This document shows, piece by piece, positions 1-9,018 of a DNA stretch of 64,000 nucleotides. The first letter of the stretch is position 1; each line of letters starts with the position of its first letter. This stretch comes from a virus. Lineage: Duplodnaviria; Caudoviricetes. The DNA lies in IMG/VR virus record IMGVR_UViG_3300011435_000001, positions 1 through 64,000 of that record; one strand, written 5' to 3'. The notes beneath the pieces were generated by a model. The model ran no database searches and was not told the origin of the DNA. It saw only the letters and a list, made by a program, of their open reading frames with translations. The position numbers and the translations under genes are program-made.

Positions 1-1
1 C

Positions 2-397
2 ATTTGGATTACGATGACTTCGGACACTTCGTCAACCGCGAGCACGATGGCCAACAGCGACACTCCCGCCTTGAGCTACGTGGGTTTTCGCTACTCGACT
101 TCCGTTCCGGACGCCGGGTGGACCGCTATTTCTGACAACGGAAGCGGCACGCCCGAGACGACCCCAACGGGGGTTTCGCTCGACACAACGGCGTCCCAGA
201 TTTTCCGAATCGAGTGGGACTTGGGCGCAACGAGCGTTCGGTTCTACATTGACGGCGTCTTGGTTGCCGAACACAGCACCAAGATTCCAGCGTCAGGGAC
301 TCTCCTCGGCGTGGCTCACATTCTCCGCGAATTGGCGGGAGTGGTCAAAGCCTTCCGAATCACCATCGCCAAAACTCGGGCCTCCATCATCGCATAA
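2..397 (+). CDS. C-terminal part of a tail/virion protein with lectin (ConA/LamG)-like beta-sandwich; 5' truncated by window edge
   Basis: Frame is open upstream of the ATG at 14; 'FRIEWDLGATSVRFYIDGVLVAEH' resembles LamG/GH16-type strands; heads the tail cluster. Confidence 0.5.
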   Translation: MWITMTSDTSSTASTMANSDTPALSYVGFRYSTSVPDAGWTAISDNGSGTPETTPTGVSLDTTASQIFRIEWDLGATSVRFYIDGVLVAEHSTKIPASGTLLGVAHILRELAGVVKAFRITIAKTRASIIA

Positions 398-399
398 CT

Positions 400-723
400 A
401 TGCCACACTACCCAATCGACCTCGGAAAAAGCTACGGCAAGCCAGAAATGGCCACTATGCCCGCTCCTACCTCACCATCCGAAGACAAGCACTACCCGTG
501 CCTCTACTTGGACTGGGACGAGAAGTATGAGCTGCCCGACTCCGGCACCATGACGATTCGCTTCCGCAAGAAAAGCGAGACGAACCGCGAAGACGACCGA
601 GGCACGCACCAATCTGTTGAACTCGAAATCCGCGAAATCGTGGACGTCGAGGCCGATAAGAAATCGCGCAAGGAGAAATCCGGCAGCGAAGCTCTCGACG
701 AATACAAAAAGGAAGTTGAATAA
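400..723 (+). CDS. Hypothetical protein, tail module
   Basis: 107-aa ORF, TAATG-coupled to the next gene. Confidence 0.6.
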   Translation: MPHYPIDLGKSYGKPEMATMPAPTSPSEDKHYPCLYLDWDEKYELPDSGTMTIRFRKKSETNREDDRGTHQSVELEIREIVDVEADKKSRKEKSGSEALDEYKKEVE

Positions 724-1682
724 TGTTCCTCGTGCGCGAAATTTGGTCGGAGGCCAAGCGGATTTTCCGTCACTGCGATGAAACGCAGCTCTACGAGAAA
801 ATCAGCGACTCCGTTGAACTGCTCGCCAGCAAGGGCGAGATTGACGCGCTCACCGGCTACGTGGACATCTGCGTGGACTGTGCGCAGTGCATCACGCTCC
901 CGCGCGAGGTGGAGACGGTCCTCGCCTTGAACCTCGACGGGCACCCGACTCTCGGGCTGAACCCGCTGCACACTTTCCACCTGAACGGACCCGGAGATTT
1001 TCAGACGGTGTGGCGCTCTTGGACGGACGTCGGGAATTTTCCGACCTACCGTGACCTGCCGTGCCCCGGCAAGCTCGTGGCCTTCCTAGACAGCGAAGAG
1101 GACACCGGCAAAGAACTGCGCGTGTTCGGACACGACGACCAGAACCGACCGCTGCGCACGCAAGTTGGCGGCGTGTGGTCCGACGGCTATCTCGTCCCCA
1201 CGGTTTTCGGTTTCGCACTGCCGGACGTAAACGCTCCGACCATCAGCCGCATCAGCGCCATCGTCAAGGCGAACACGGTTGGCAACGTGAGGCTCTCCAG
1301 CTTCGACAACTCGAGCACGGTGAACAGCTCGACCGGCACGCTGCTCGGAATCTTCGAGCCTAATGAGACGAAGCCGATGTATCGGCGAATCAAACTTTGG
1401 CGCGGGGCCGACTGGGTCCGCATCATGTATCGCAAGCGGAGCTACCGGCTTTTCAGCCAGTATGACCGAATCAATCTGCACAGCCGCCTCTCGCTCGTTC
1501 TGGCGATGCGCGCCATCCGTTTCTACGACGACACGGACATCGCGAACGCCACGACCTACGAGGCGCACGCCGTTCGCATCCTGACGGAGAAAGAGGGCAG
1601 CCTCGAGGGGCCAGCGCTCACGCCGATTCAGGTCAACGACCGGAATAGCATCAAGAACAACGGCTACGACGAAGTTGAATAA
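723..1682 (+). CDS. Putative tail adaptor / tail tubular protein A-like
   Basis: 319 aa, directly before the nozzle-like gene as in podoviral tail order; call is positional. Confidence 0.45.
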   Translation: MFLVREIWSEAKRIFRHCDETQLYEKISDSVELLASKGEIDALTGYVDICVDCAQCITLPREVETVLALNLDGHPTLGLNPLHTFHLNGPGDFQTVWRSWTDVGNFPTYRDLPCPGKLVAFLDSEEDTGKELRVFGHDDQNRPLRTQVGGVWSDGYLVPTVFGFALPDVNAPTISRISAIVKANTVGNVRLSSFDNSSTVNSSTGTLLGIFEPNETKPMYRRIKLWRGADWVRIMYRKRSYRLFSQYDRINLHSRLSLVLAMRAIRFYDDTDIANATTYEAHAVRILTEKEGSLEGPALTPIQVNDRNSIKNNGYDEVE

Positions 1683-3673
1683 TGGCAACCGCGACTTTCC
1701 TTGAAGACGGCGACATCAGCTTCGAGGTGGGGATGGATTCCAACTCCCACCCGATTAAGCTGCCCGCTGGAAAATACGCGCGAGGCGAGAACATCGTCAA
1801 CCGCGGGGGAATCGTGCAGTGCCGTCCCGGCTATCGCTGCCTCACCGCACTCGCAGACGGGCGTCTCCAAGGCTTTGCAATTTTCAAACCGAAGGTCGGG
1901 GCTGAACAACTGGTATTCATGGTCGACGGCATCTTGTATGTCGCCGACTTTCCTTTTGACACCGCCCGGCCTCTCGGTGAAGTTACCTTCTCGTCCTCTG
2001 CCAAACAAGCCTACTTCGCCTTGGTGGAGCAGTCCGTCGAGTCACACTCCGACGGCTCCCTCGAAATCGTCACACCAAAAAACTTTCTGGTGATTCAAGA
2101 CGGCGGCTTCACGGTGCCCGCTGTCTACGACGGAACTCGCGTCACGCAGACTCGCGGGGCCGGAGCGATTCCGATGGGCGGCGCGATGCGCTGGGTTGGA
2201 GACCGACTCTGGGTGGCGCGGGGCGGAGAGCTTTTCGCCTCGGACATCAACAACCCGCTTTCCTTCATCGAGGACGTTTACCTCGCCACGGTGCGCGCCT
2301 TCACGTTGCCGGGAGAAATCACCGCGCTCGCGCGCAACCCGACCACCGACACGGGCGACCTGATTGTGTTCACGGAGACCAGCACCTCTCTCATTCAGGC
2401 GGGCATCCGCGACAGGACTCAGTGGCCAGTCACCCCTAACATGCAGCGGGAAGTTTTCCCCAAGCTCGGTTGCAAAAGCCAGCGGTCGGTGCTCGACCAG
2501 TCTGGTATGCTATGGTGGTATTCGGCGAGCGGGCTCGTGTCCCTCGACAGCGCCGTCAACACGAAGATTTCCAGCAAGCTCCCATATCGCGACAGCGAGA
2601 TGATTGAGAGCAAGAGCCGACTGTCCGAAGACCTCTCGGGCGTCGCGTGCGGCACGTTCGAGAATTACATCCTGTGCAGCGTGCCCTACGGTGACATTTT
2701 CAATCGGCACACTTGGGTCATGGACAATTCCGTCCGCCAGAACTATCTGGAGGACTCACCTCCGACGTGGAACAGCTTTTGGACAGGCACGCGCCCGGTC
2801 GAGTGGATTACCGCGGAAATTCACGGCAAGACCCGGGTGCTTTTCATCTCTCCAGACTACGACGGAGTCAACCGCCTGTGGGAGGCCTTCTGGCCCGACC
2901 GCCGGGACGAGGGCTGCCCGATTTCGTGGTGGGTGGAGTCACGCGGATACTTCGGCCCCGCGGGCGCCGTGCTCACGCGGAAAAACTTTCGCTACGCCGA
3001 CGTTCACCTGTCCGAGATGGTTGGGGACGTCGACATCGGGATTTTCTGGGCGGGTTCGCGCCGGGGAAAATACAAGCGCGTCTACACCAAGCGACTGAAG
3101 GCGACGGAGGGCTGTTTCCGGCCCGACATGGTCATCGACGCGAACACGAAGATTTTCTCGTTCAAGAAACAGTCGCGAGTTGTGCGAACCGAGGACGCGC
3201 TGGACACGAGTTCAAATCAGACGGAAAGTTCGTGCGGCATTGAGTCACCGTGGGAAGAGTTCCACGACGAGGCCTTCCAAATCATCGTCGCCGGAAGCGG
3301 CCCGTGCGCCGTGGACGCCATCAAAATTGTCTACGAGCCGCCCGTCTCCCGAAACGACTTGCTCAGACAAGACTCCTGCGAGAGCGAAACCGAAAGCAAC
3401 GTGGTCCGGTTCGACGGAGCAGCCGCCGAAGCCGACACGACCGCTGTCGCACAGGAAGCACTGTCGCATGACGTCCTCGAGTTCACCTCGCTGCGCTCCG
3501 TCTCCGTCACGAACCAAGGTTTCACGGAGGTAGCCGCGGGCGAGGGCCGCAGCATCATTTCGCAAGACGATGCGGACAAGGTGGCCTTGCGGGTTGCGGA
3601 GCGCCGGGCGTCCCACCGAATCGAGGACGACCTGCCTCTCATCGTGAGCCTCGGAGCTGCCGCCAATGAATAA
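1682..3673 (+). CDS. Putative tail nozzle / DNA stabilisation protein (P22 gp10 / T7 gp12-like)
   Basis: 663 aa, beta-rich; 'GDRLWVARGGELFASDINNPLSF' is typical of these beta-propeller proteins. Confidence 0.65.
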   Translation: MATATFLEDGDISFEVGMDSNSHPIKLPAGKYARGENIVNRGGIVQCRPGYRCLTALADGRLQGFAIFKPKVGAEQLVFMVDGILYVADFPFDTARPLGEVTFSSSAKQAYFALVEQSVESHSDGSLEIVTPKNFLVIQDGGFTVPAVYDGTRVTQTRGAGAIPMGGAMRWVGDRLWVARGGELFASDINNPLSFIEDVYLATVRAFTLPGEITALARNPTTDTGDLIVFTETSTSLIQAGIRDRTQWPVTPNMQREVFPKLGCKSQRSVLDQSGMLWWYSASGLVSLDSAVNTKISSKLPYRDSEMIESKSRLSEDLSGVACGTFENYILCSVPYGDIFNRHTWVMDNSVRQNYLEDSPPTWNSFWTGTRPVEWITAEIHGKTRVLFISPDYDGVNRLWEAFWPDRRDEGCPISWWVESRGYFGPAGAVLTRKNFRYADVHLSEMVGDVDIGIFWAGSRRGKYKRVYTKRLKATEGCFRPDMVIDANTKIFSFKKQSRVVRTEDALDTSSNQTESSCGIESPWEEFHDEAFQIIVAGSGPCAVDAIKIVYEPPVSRNDLLRQDSCESETESNVVRFDGAAAEADTTAVAQEALSHDVLEFTSLRSVSVTNQGFTEVAAGEGRSIISQDDADKVALRVAERRASHRIEDDLPLIVSLGAAANE

Positions 3674-4082
3674 TCTCAACTCGCTTCGCCCCGTCACGCG
3701 CCGCGCCATCCCGCTCTTCTACAAGAGCCCGGGAATCTGCGAGCTGCCCATCCCGGTAAGCGGGTCCGCCGTCGCGACGGAGACGAACATCGACATTGAG
3801 CCGGTGGAACGCCGGGAGGGCCCCGATAGCCTCGAGGCAATCTTGGTCGGCACGGATGTTGCCCTGAACTGGCCCTTGGTCAGCTACGTTTTCTCCTACG
3901 TGGTCTACCGCGCCACCAACCCAGAAGGACCTTTCACCCTTCTGACCAGCAATTTAAGCGAGAATTCCTACGTTGACGTGGGGCTGATTCCCGGAACTTC
4001 TTACTGGTATAAAGTAACCGGGCTGGAGCCCAACTTCGGGGAGACATTCCCGACGCCTCTAGCTCAGGTTGATGTGACATAA
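3666..4082 (+). CDS. Fibronectin type III-like virion protein
   Basis: 'LNWPLVSYVFSYVVYRATNPEGPF...YVDVGLIPGTSYWYKVTG' FN3 pattern. Confidence 0.7.
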   Translation: MNNLNSLRPVTRRAIPLFYKSPGICELPIPVSGSAVATETNIDIEPVERREGPDSLEAILVGTDVALNWPLVSYVFSYVVYRATNPEGPFTLLTSNLSENSYVDVGLIPGTSYWYKVTGLEPNFGETFPTPLAQVDVT

Positions 4083-4089
4083 ACGAAAT

Positions 4090-5145
4090 ATGAGTCTCTT
4101 CGCCACCAATCTAGTCATTGTCTCCGCGCAACTCCCGCCGGACTTCTCCGGCAACATTCAAGAGTTCTTCGAGGCGATGGTGGAGCGCATGGCAATCATG
4201 TCGCCGCAGGGCACGAGCTTTTTCGTCGTCGGCGACGTGGAGCCCACCTCGAACGTAGGCCCGTGGTTGAAAAACGGGACGCAGTGGTGGGTCTTCGACA
4301 TTGACCAAGGCGTATACGTCCCGCTCGACATCAGCGCGTCTCTGAATCTTTTCGTCATCGGTCCCGATGACCCGGGCACCCCTGAAACGGGCGACCCCAC
4401 GCTCTGGCTACGCACTTTCGAGTCGCGCGGCATCGGCTGGTATGGCTGGGACGGAACCCAGTGGCGCGCTCTGTCGAACCCGCCTCCAAGCGGCTCGACC
4501 GCTCAGCGACCGACCAACCCGGTTGACCTCGAGCCCTTTTTCGACACGGACATTCACGCGATGATTCACTGGGAGCGCGGAGCATGGCGAACGGTCTCCG
4601 GCACCCCCGGCGACATCAAGTTCGTGGCGCAGGCGATTCTTGAAGACGCGCTGGCTGCGAATCCCGGCTGGCAATACGTCGGACTGGACGACCAGAGCCT
4701 GCGCGGAAAAGGACTCGCCATCGCGACGCAGGACACCGGAGTCGGCGGCACCAGCAATTTTTCCACGGACTCAGGCATCACGCCTCGGGACGCGGGCGAC
4801 CAAGACGGTGCGGAAACCGTGGTCCTCACGTCCACGCAAATCGAGCAGCACACGCATTTAACGGGGCACCTCACCTCACTGGCTACAAACGGCAGGGTCC
4901 AGTTGCACCGCGGGAAAACTGCCGACACCATCGACATTCCCGCTGTAGTCCCCCCGAACTACACGGAACTCAGCAACCTCACCTCCACGGTGAACGAGGG
5001 CACGTCGGGAGACGGGTCCGCCGGAACACAGCTCATCACCAGCCGCCAGCTTTCGCTGACTGAGTGGGACGACTACACCGGGGCTGCCGAGGCTCACCCC
5101 AACGTGGCACCGACGGTCTGGCTGTGGGCACTCGTAAAGACATGA
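4090..5145 (+). CDS. Tail fibre / collar-domain protein
   Basis: 'GAETVVLTSTQIEQHTH' and terminal 'AHPNVAPTVWLWALVKT' resemble tail-collar / short-fibre C-termini. Confidence 0.6.
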   Translation: MSLFATNLVIVSAQLPPDFSGNIQEFFEAMVERMAIMSPQGTSFFVVGDVEPTSNVGPWLKNGTQWWVFDIDQGVYVPLDISASLNLFVIGPDDPGTPETGDPTLWLRTFESRGIGWYGWDGTQWRALSNPPPSGSTAQRPTNPVDLEPFFDTDIHAMIHWERGAWRTVSGTPGDIKFVAQAILEDALAANPGWQYVGLDDQSLRGKGLAIATQDTGVGGTSNFSTDSGITPRDAGDQDGAETVVLTSTQIEQHTHLTGHLTSLATNGRVQLHRGKTADTIDIPAVVPPNYTELSNLTSTVNEGTSGDGSAGTQLITSRQLSLTEWDDYTGAAEAHPNVAPTVWLWALVKT

Positions 5146-5720
5146 GTCAAATTTCCGTTCAAGCCATCGAGAATTTTCTTCCGAACCCGGAGGCATTCCG
5201 CGCCGACGCACTGACGCGCCGCTTCTACACCATCCGCGGCCCTGACGGCGAGCGGTATCCCAACGTCCACGTTCTCCCCAGCGACGAGTTCGAGCCGTCT
5301 CTGTCTGCCCACCTCGGACGAAAAGTCACCGTGGACCACTGCCTTCTCCGGCTCAATCCGCAGGGAGACAACCATCGCATCCACGCGGACATCGCGCACT
5401 CGCCCTACGCATTCGTGCTTTATCTAAACCCGCCAGAACAGTGTCACGGCGGCACAGCTTTTTGGCGCTACAAGAAGACGGGGTGGTGCTCCTTCCCGGA
5501 AATCACGAACGTGCAGAAGGCGACGCGCATCGCCGAAGAGATTCTCGTTCACCACGAGGACGTATCGAAGTGGGAGCAGGTGCATCTGGAAGAGATGAAG
5601 TTCAACAAAATCATCCTTTACCCGACAAAACAATTTCACAGCCGCTGGCCCCTTGAGGGCTGGGGCGACGGGGCCGCGGGCGCGCGTCTCGTGGCGGTAG
5701 GCTTTTTCGGAGTGGAATAA
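5142..5720 (+). CDS. 2OG-Fe(II) dioxygenase (DUF6445-like)
   Basis: HxD (IHADIAH), 'FVLYLNP...GGTAFW', distal H (QFHS) and R (RLVAVGF); ATG overlaps upstream TGA. Confidence 0.75.
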   Translation: MSQISVQAIENFLPNPEAFRADALTRRFYTIRGPDGERYPNVHVLPSDEFEPSLSAHLGRKVTVDHCLLRLNPQGDNHRIHADIAHSPYAFVLYLNPPEQCHGGTAFWRYKKTGWCSFPEITNVQKATRIAEEILVHHEDVSKWEQVHLEEMKFNKIILYPTKQFHSRWPLEGWGDGAAGARLVAVGFFGVE

Positions 5721-6178
5721 TGAAGCTCATCGAACTCAACGCCGCGAATCTGAACATCACGTTCCCGATTGGACACGCCTTCTCGAAAGAAGCGGAGCGC
5801 GGGGCTTTTCGCGACGACGTGTTCTCTCAATTGTGGTCGAACCTGCTCGAGAGCGGGCTCGGAAAAATCTACGCACTGGTGGAGCACGAGAGCGAGCATC
5901 ACGACTTTCGCGCCGTCGGTTTACTGGGAGCCACCTTCATTCCCGACCCGTTCTCGGGAAGAATGACGGCGGCGGAACACTTCTGGTTCGTCGTTCCGGA
6001 ACACCGCAAGAGCGGCGTCGGGCTGCAACTGTTGGACGTGTTCGAGGCTGACGCAAAAGAAAAAGGCTGCGAAGAAATCGTGATGCAGCACTTTCTCCAC
6101 ATGGGCCAAGGGCTCGCAAAACTTTACGAAGCTCGGGGCTATAAGGCACTCGAGCAAACATTCAAGAAAAAGATTTAA
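5720..6178 (+). CDS. GNAT acetyltransferase
   Basis: 'FWFVVPEHRKSGVGLQLL' acetyl-CoA motif A; 'LAKLYEARGY'. Confidence 0.85.
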   Translation: MKLIELNAANLNITFPIGHAFSKEAERGAFRDDVFSQLWSNLLESGLGKIYALVEHESEHHDFRAVGLLGATFIPDPFSGRMTAAEHFWFVVPEHRKSGVGLQLLDVFEADAKEKGCEEIVMQHFLHMGQGLAKLYEARGYKALEQTFKKKI

Positions 6179-6630
6179 TGCCGACCAAAGCTGAATACGC
6201 GGCGAACCCGGAGAAGTTCAAATCTGCCCGGAGGGCGCTTTATGCCCGAGACCCAGAGAAGGAGCGTGTGGCTCGTCGTGAGTCTTACGCAGAAAACTCG
6301 GGACGCGAGAAGGCGGCGCAATACCGCTCCACGCCGGAAGGGCGCTCTGCGAGCAACCTCGCCTGCAAGAAGTCTCGTGAGAAACTCCGAGCCAAATTAG
6401 ACCTGCTCAAGACAGAGCGGGGGTGCTATGATTGTGGAATTATGGGGCTGCCAGCGGCCTGCTATGACTGGGACCATCTCCCGGGCAAGGAAAAGCTGTT
6501 TAACATCGGAGCGGACCAGAGGTCACGCAGTCTCGTCGCGAACATCGCGGAGATTGAGAAGTGCCAATGCGTCTGTTCCAACTGTCATCGGATTCGTTCG
6601 ATGACGAGAAAGAAGGGAGAAGTTACGTAA
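6178..6630 (+). CDS. HNH endonuclease
   Basis: CxxC...DWDH...CxxVCSNCHR signature after a basic N-terminus. Confidence 0.8.
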   Translation: MPTKAEYAANPEKFKSARRALYARDPEKERVARRESYAENSGREKAAQYRSTPEGRSASNLACKKSREKLRAKLDLLKTERGCYDCGIMGLPAACYDWDHLPGKEKLFNIGADQRSRSLVANIAEIEKCQCVCSNCHRIRSMTRKKGEVT

Positions 6631-7587
6631 GTGGCTGTCATCACGGCAATTGTGGTTGCGGGGGTTGCGGCAGCGAGTGCTGTCGGAGCCGCCGCTGCTA
6701 AAAAGAAGGCTGCCGACAAGGCCGCGCACGCTCAGACCACCGCTCTCAAGGGCCAGAAGAAAATTCTCGCCAACGAACTCGGCTACGACAAGGTCCAGCA
6801 GGCCAGCGTCACCGCGGAACGCAATCGCGCGAAGGAGCGCATTCGGTTGCAGGAAGAGATTGACCCCGAGTTGGCGGAGATGCGGAAGCTCGGAAAGCAG
6901 CAGCTACTCGCCGAGGCGCAGAAGCCCAACGCGAGTCGCGAGTCCGTTCAGGTGGCGAAGCAGCTTTTCACGGAGAACATCAAGCCCGACGAAAATCTCG
7001 AGGCCCTCAAAGACCAAATCATCAAGAAGGCGCAGGCCAAGCTCGCCCAAGGAGCGACGCTGCCGCCCGAGTTTCAGGCGGAGCTGGTTCGCGCGGGCGT
7101 AAGCCAAGGCGCACAGGCCGGGCTCAAGCCGACCCCCAAAACCGTTGGCGGGCGACTCTACCAAGCGCTCGGCAGCGCAGGCGTGGCCCTCGAAGCGCAG
7201 CGGACGCAGGAAGCGCAGCAACTTGCGAACACGGCGTCGGGACTGCAAGAATCACGCGCGAAAATCCTTTCCAGTATTTTCCCGACTATTTCCACAAGCG
7301 AAGCCACGCAGCGGCAGATGGCTGCTGGCAACTTCGCCGTCGGTGACCAGTCCCTTCCACAAGCGGGCCTCACGGGCGCGGAAGCCGCAAACCTGCAAAT
7401 CAACCGGGGCAACACGCTCCTCAAGATTCGCGGGCAGAAGGGCCAAGTGCAGGCGCAGAAGGCCATCGCAGGCGGAGAAGCAAACGCAGCCTACATCAAG
7501 GCGGCTGGACAGTTCGCAACCAGTGCCCTCGGGGCCTACGGCGGCGGCGGAGCGGGCGCTCTTCCCACTACCGGACAAACCGCCTAA
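6631..7587 (+). CDS. Putative DNA ejection / internal virion protein
   Basis: GTG start; hydrophobic Ala/Gly N-terminus then Ala/Gln-rich helices, as in podoviral pilot proteins. Confidence 0.55.
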   Translation: MAVITAIVVAGVAAASAVGAAAAKKKAADKAAHAQTTALKGQKKILANELGYDKVQQASVTAERNRAKERIRLQEEIDPELAEMRKLGKQQLLAEAQKPNASRESVQVAKQLFTENIKPDENLEALKDQIIKKAQAKLAQGATLPPEFQAELVRAGVSQGAQAGLKPTPKTVGGRLYQALGSAGVALEAQRTQEAQQLANTASGLQESRAKILSSIFPTISTSEATQRQMAAGNFAVGDQSLPQAGLTGAEAANLQINRGNTLLKIRGQKGQVQAQKAIAGGEANAAYIKAAGQFATSALGAYGGGGAGALPTTGQTA

Positions 7588-7599
7588 CCAATCATTTTT

Positions 7600-9018
7600 A
7601 TGCCCGGCCTCGCCGACCTAGTCCCAGCACAAGTTCAAGCCAGCTCCGTCGGAGCTGTCACCAACCCGAACGTGGACGTGTCGTCCCTCGGGACGCTGCC
7701 CGAATTCAAAGACTTCATGGACGCCTACAAGCAGGGCGTCATCACCGCCGAAGACATCAAGAGGCGACAGGTCGTCGGGGATACCGGCTACCAAGCCGAG
7801 CGGGCGAAGAACGTGGCAGACACGGCAGTCGCCGAGCAGATTCAACTCGACGCCTCAGAGGTGCGGCCCCTCCAGCGCACGCTGGCAAAAGCACAGGCCG
7901 AGGGCGGAATCGAACAGCAGACGGTGCTGAACCAAATCAACAGCACGGACCCCGCCGTAGCCATCCCGGCGCAGCAATCTTTCTTCAAGCGGATGCGACA
8001 GAAAGAAGCCATCTCAGTTTTCGGGACGGCGGAGCCGAAACTCGAAGTCAATCAGGAAGTCAAGCCCGCGTCTTTCGAGGACTGGGCTGCTCAGCAGGTC
8101 AACAGCTATCGGCCCGGCGACAACTCACCCGAGGCGAGCGCAGACCGCGCCCGTTACTCCGAGAGCCTCGCGCGCACCGGCAAAGAGACGCCAGAGTATA
8201 AGCTTTACGTGAAGGAGACCAAGGCGCGCACCCGCCCTCTTCAGCCCGGCACGCCGGAGTATGACGACGAATTGCGCCGCGTGCTGCACGAAAAACTCAC
8301 GCACGAGAAGTTGCAGGAAATCCAACTCGAGACGCTGAAGGAATTCGGCAAGGCGCAAGCGAAAGCCGTGGGCGAGGCCCCGGTGAAACAGGCGGAGGCG
8401 CAGACCGTCGCCGCAAAAGATTTGCGGACCTCTTTCAACGGGGTCAAGGAAATCGACGACTTTGCGAAGGTGAACAACGCCTATCAGCAAATCGTCACGA
8501 TGACGGACCCGAACAGCAAGCCCGACCCAATCAAGGACCAAGGCATCGTTTTCGCGTGGATGAAAATCCTCGACCCGACGTCTGCGGTTCGCGAGACGGA
8601 ATATGCGAACGTCAAAAACGCCAAGGGTGTCCCGGACCAAATCCGGAACATGTGGAATCAGGTTGTGGACGGGCAAATTCTCACGCCCACACAGCGCCAG
8701 CAGTTGAGGGGCGCGTCCGAGTCCGTTCTAAAGGCACACACGCCCACGGAACGCATCAAGCAATATATCGAACTGGAAGAGCGCGCCGGTCTCTCACCCG
8801 GCACCGTGGTCCCCGTCGGATACCGGGAGCTGGTCTCCGGTGCGGCGCCTGCTCCTGCCGCTTCCGCTGCGGCTGTCTCCGTTTCCGTGTCTCGCCCGAC
8901 AGTCGAACAGAAGGCTGCCGCTCCGACGTATCCGAGCCTCGCCGCCGTTCCAGCCAACGTGCAGTTTTTCAAGGGAACTGACGGACAACTCCGTGTCAAT
9001 CCAAACTTCAAACCATAA
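7600..9018 (+). CDS. Putative second ejection / internal virion protein
   Basis: 472-aa helical protein between the pilot-like gene and the giant ORF. Confidence 0.45.
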   Translation: MPGLADLVPAQVQASSVGAVTNPNVDVSSLGTLPEFKDFMDAYKQGVITAEDIKRRQVVGDTGYQAERAKNVADTAVAEQIQLDASEVRPLQRTLAKAQAEGGIEQQTVLNQINSTDPAVAIPAQQSFFKRMRQKEAISVFGTAEPKLEVNQEVKPASFEDWAAQQVNSYRPGDNSPEASADRARYSESLARTGKETPEYKLYVKETKARTRPLQPGTPEYDDELRRVLHEKLTHEKLQEIQLETLKEFGKAQAKAVGEAPVKQAEAQTVAAKDLRTSFNGVKEIDDFAKVNNAYQQIVTMTDPNSKPDPIKDQGIVFAWMKILDPTSAVRETEYANVKNAKGVPDQIRNMWNQVVDGQILTPTQRQQLRGASESVLKAHTPTERIKQYIELEERAGLSPGTVVPVGYRELVSGAAPAPAASAAAVSVSVSRPTVEQKAAAPTYPSLAAVPANVQFFKGTDGQLRVNPNFKP

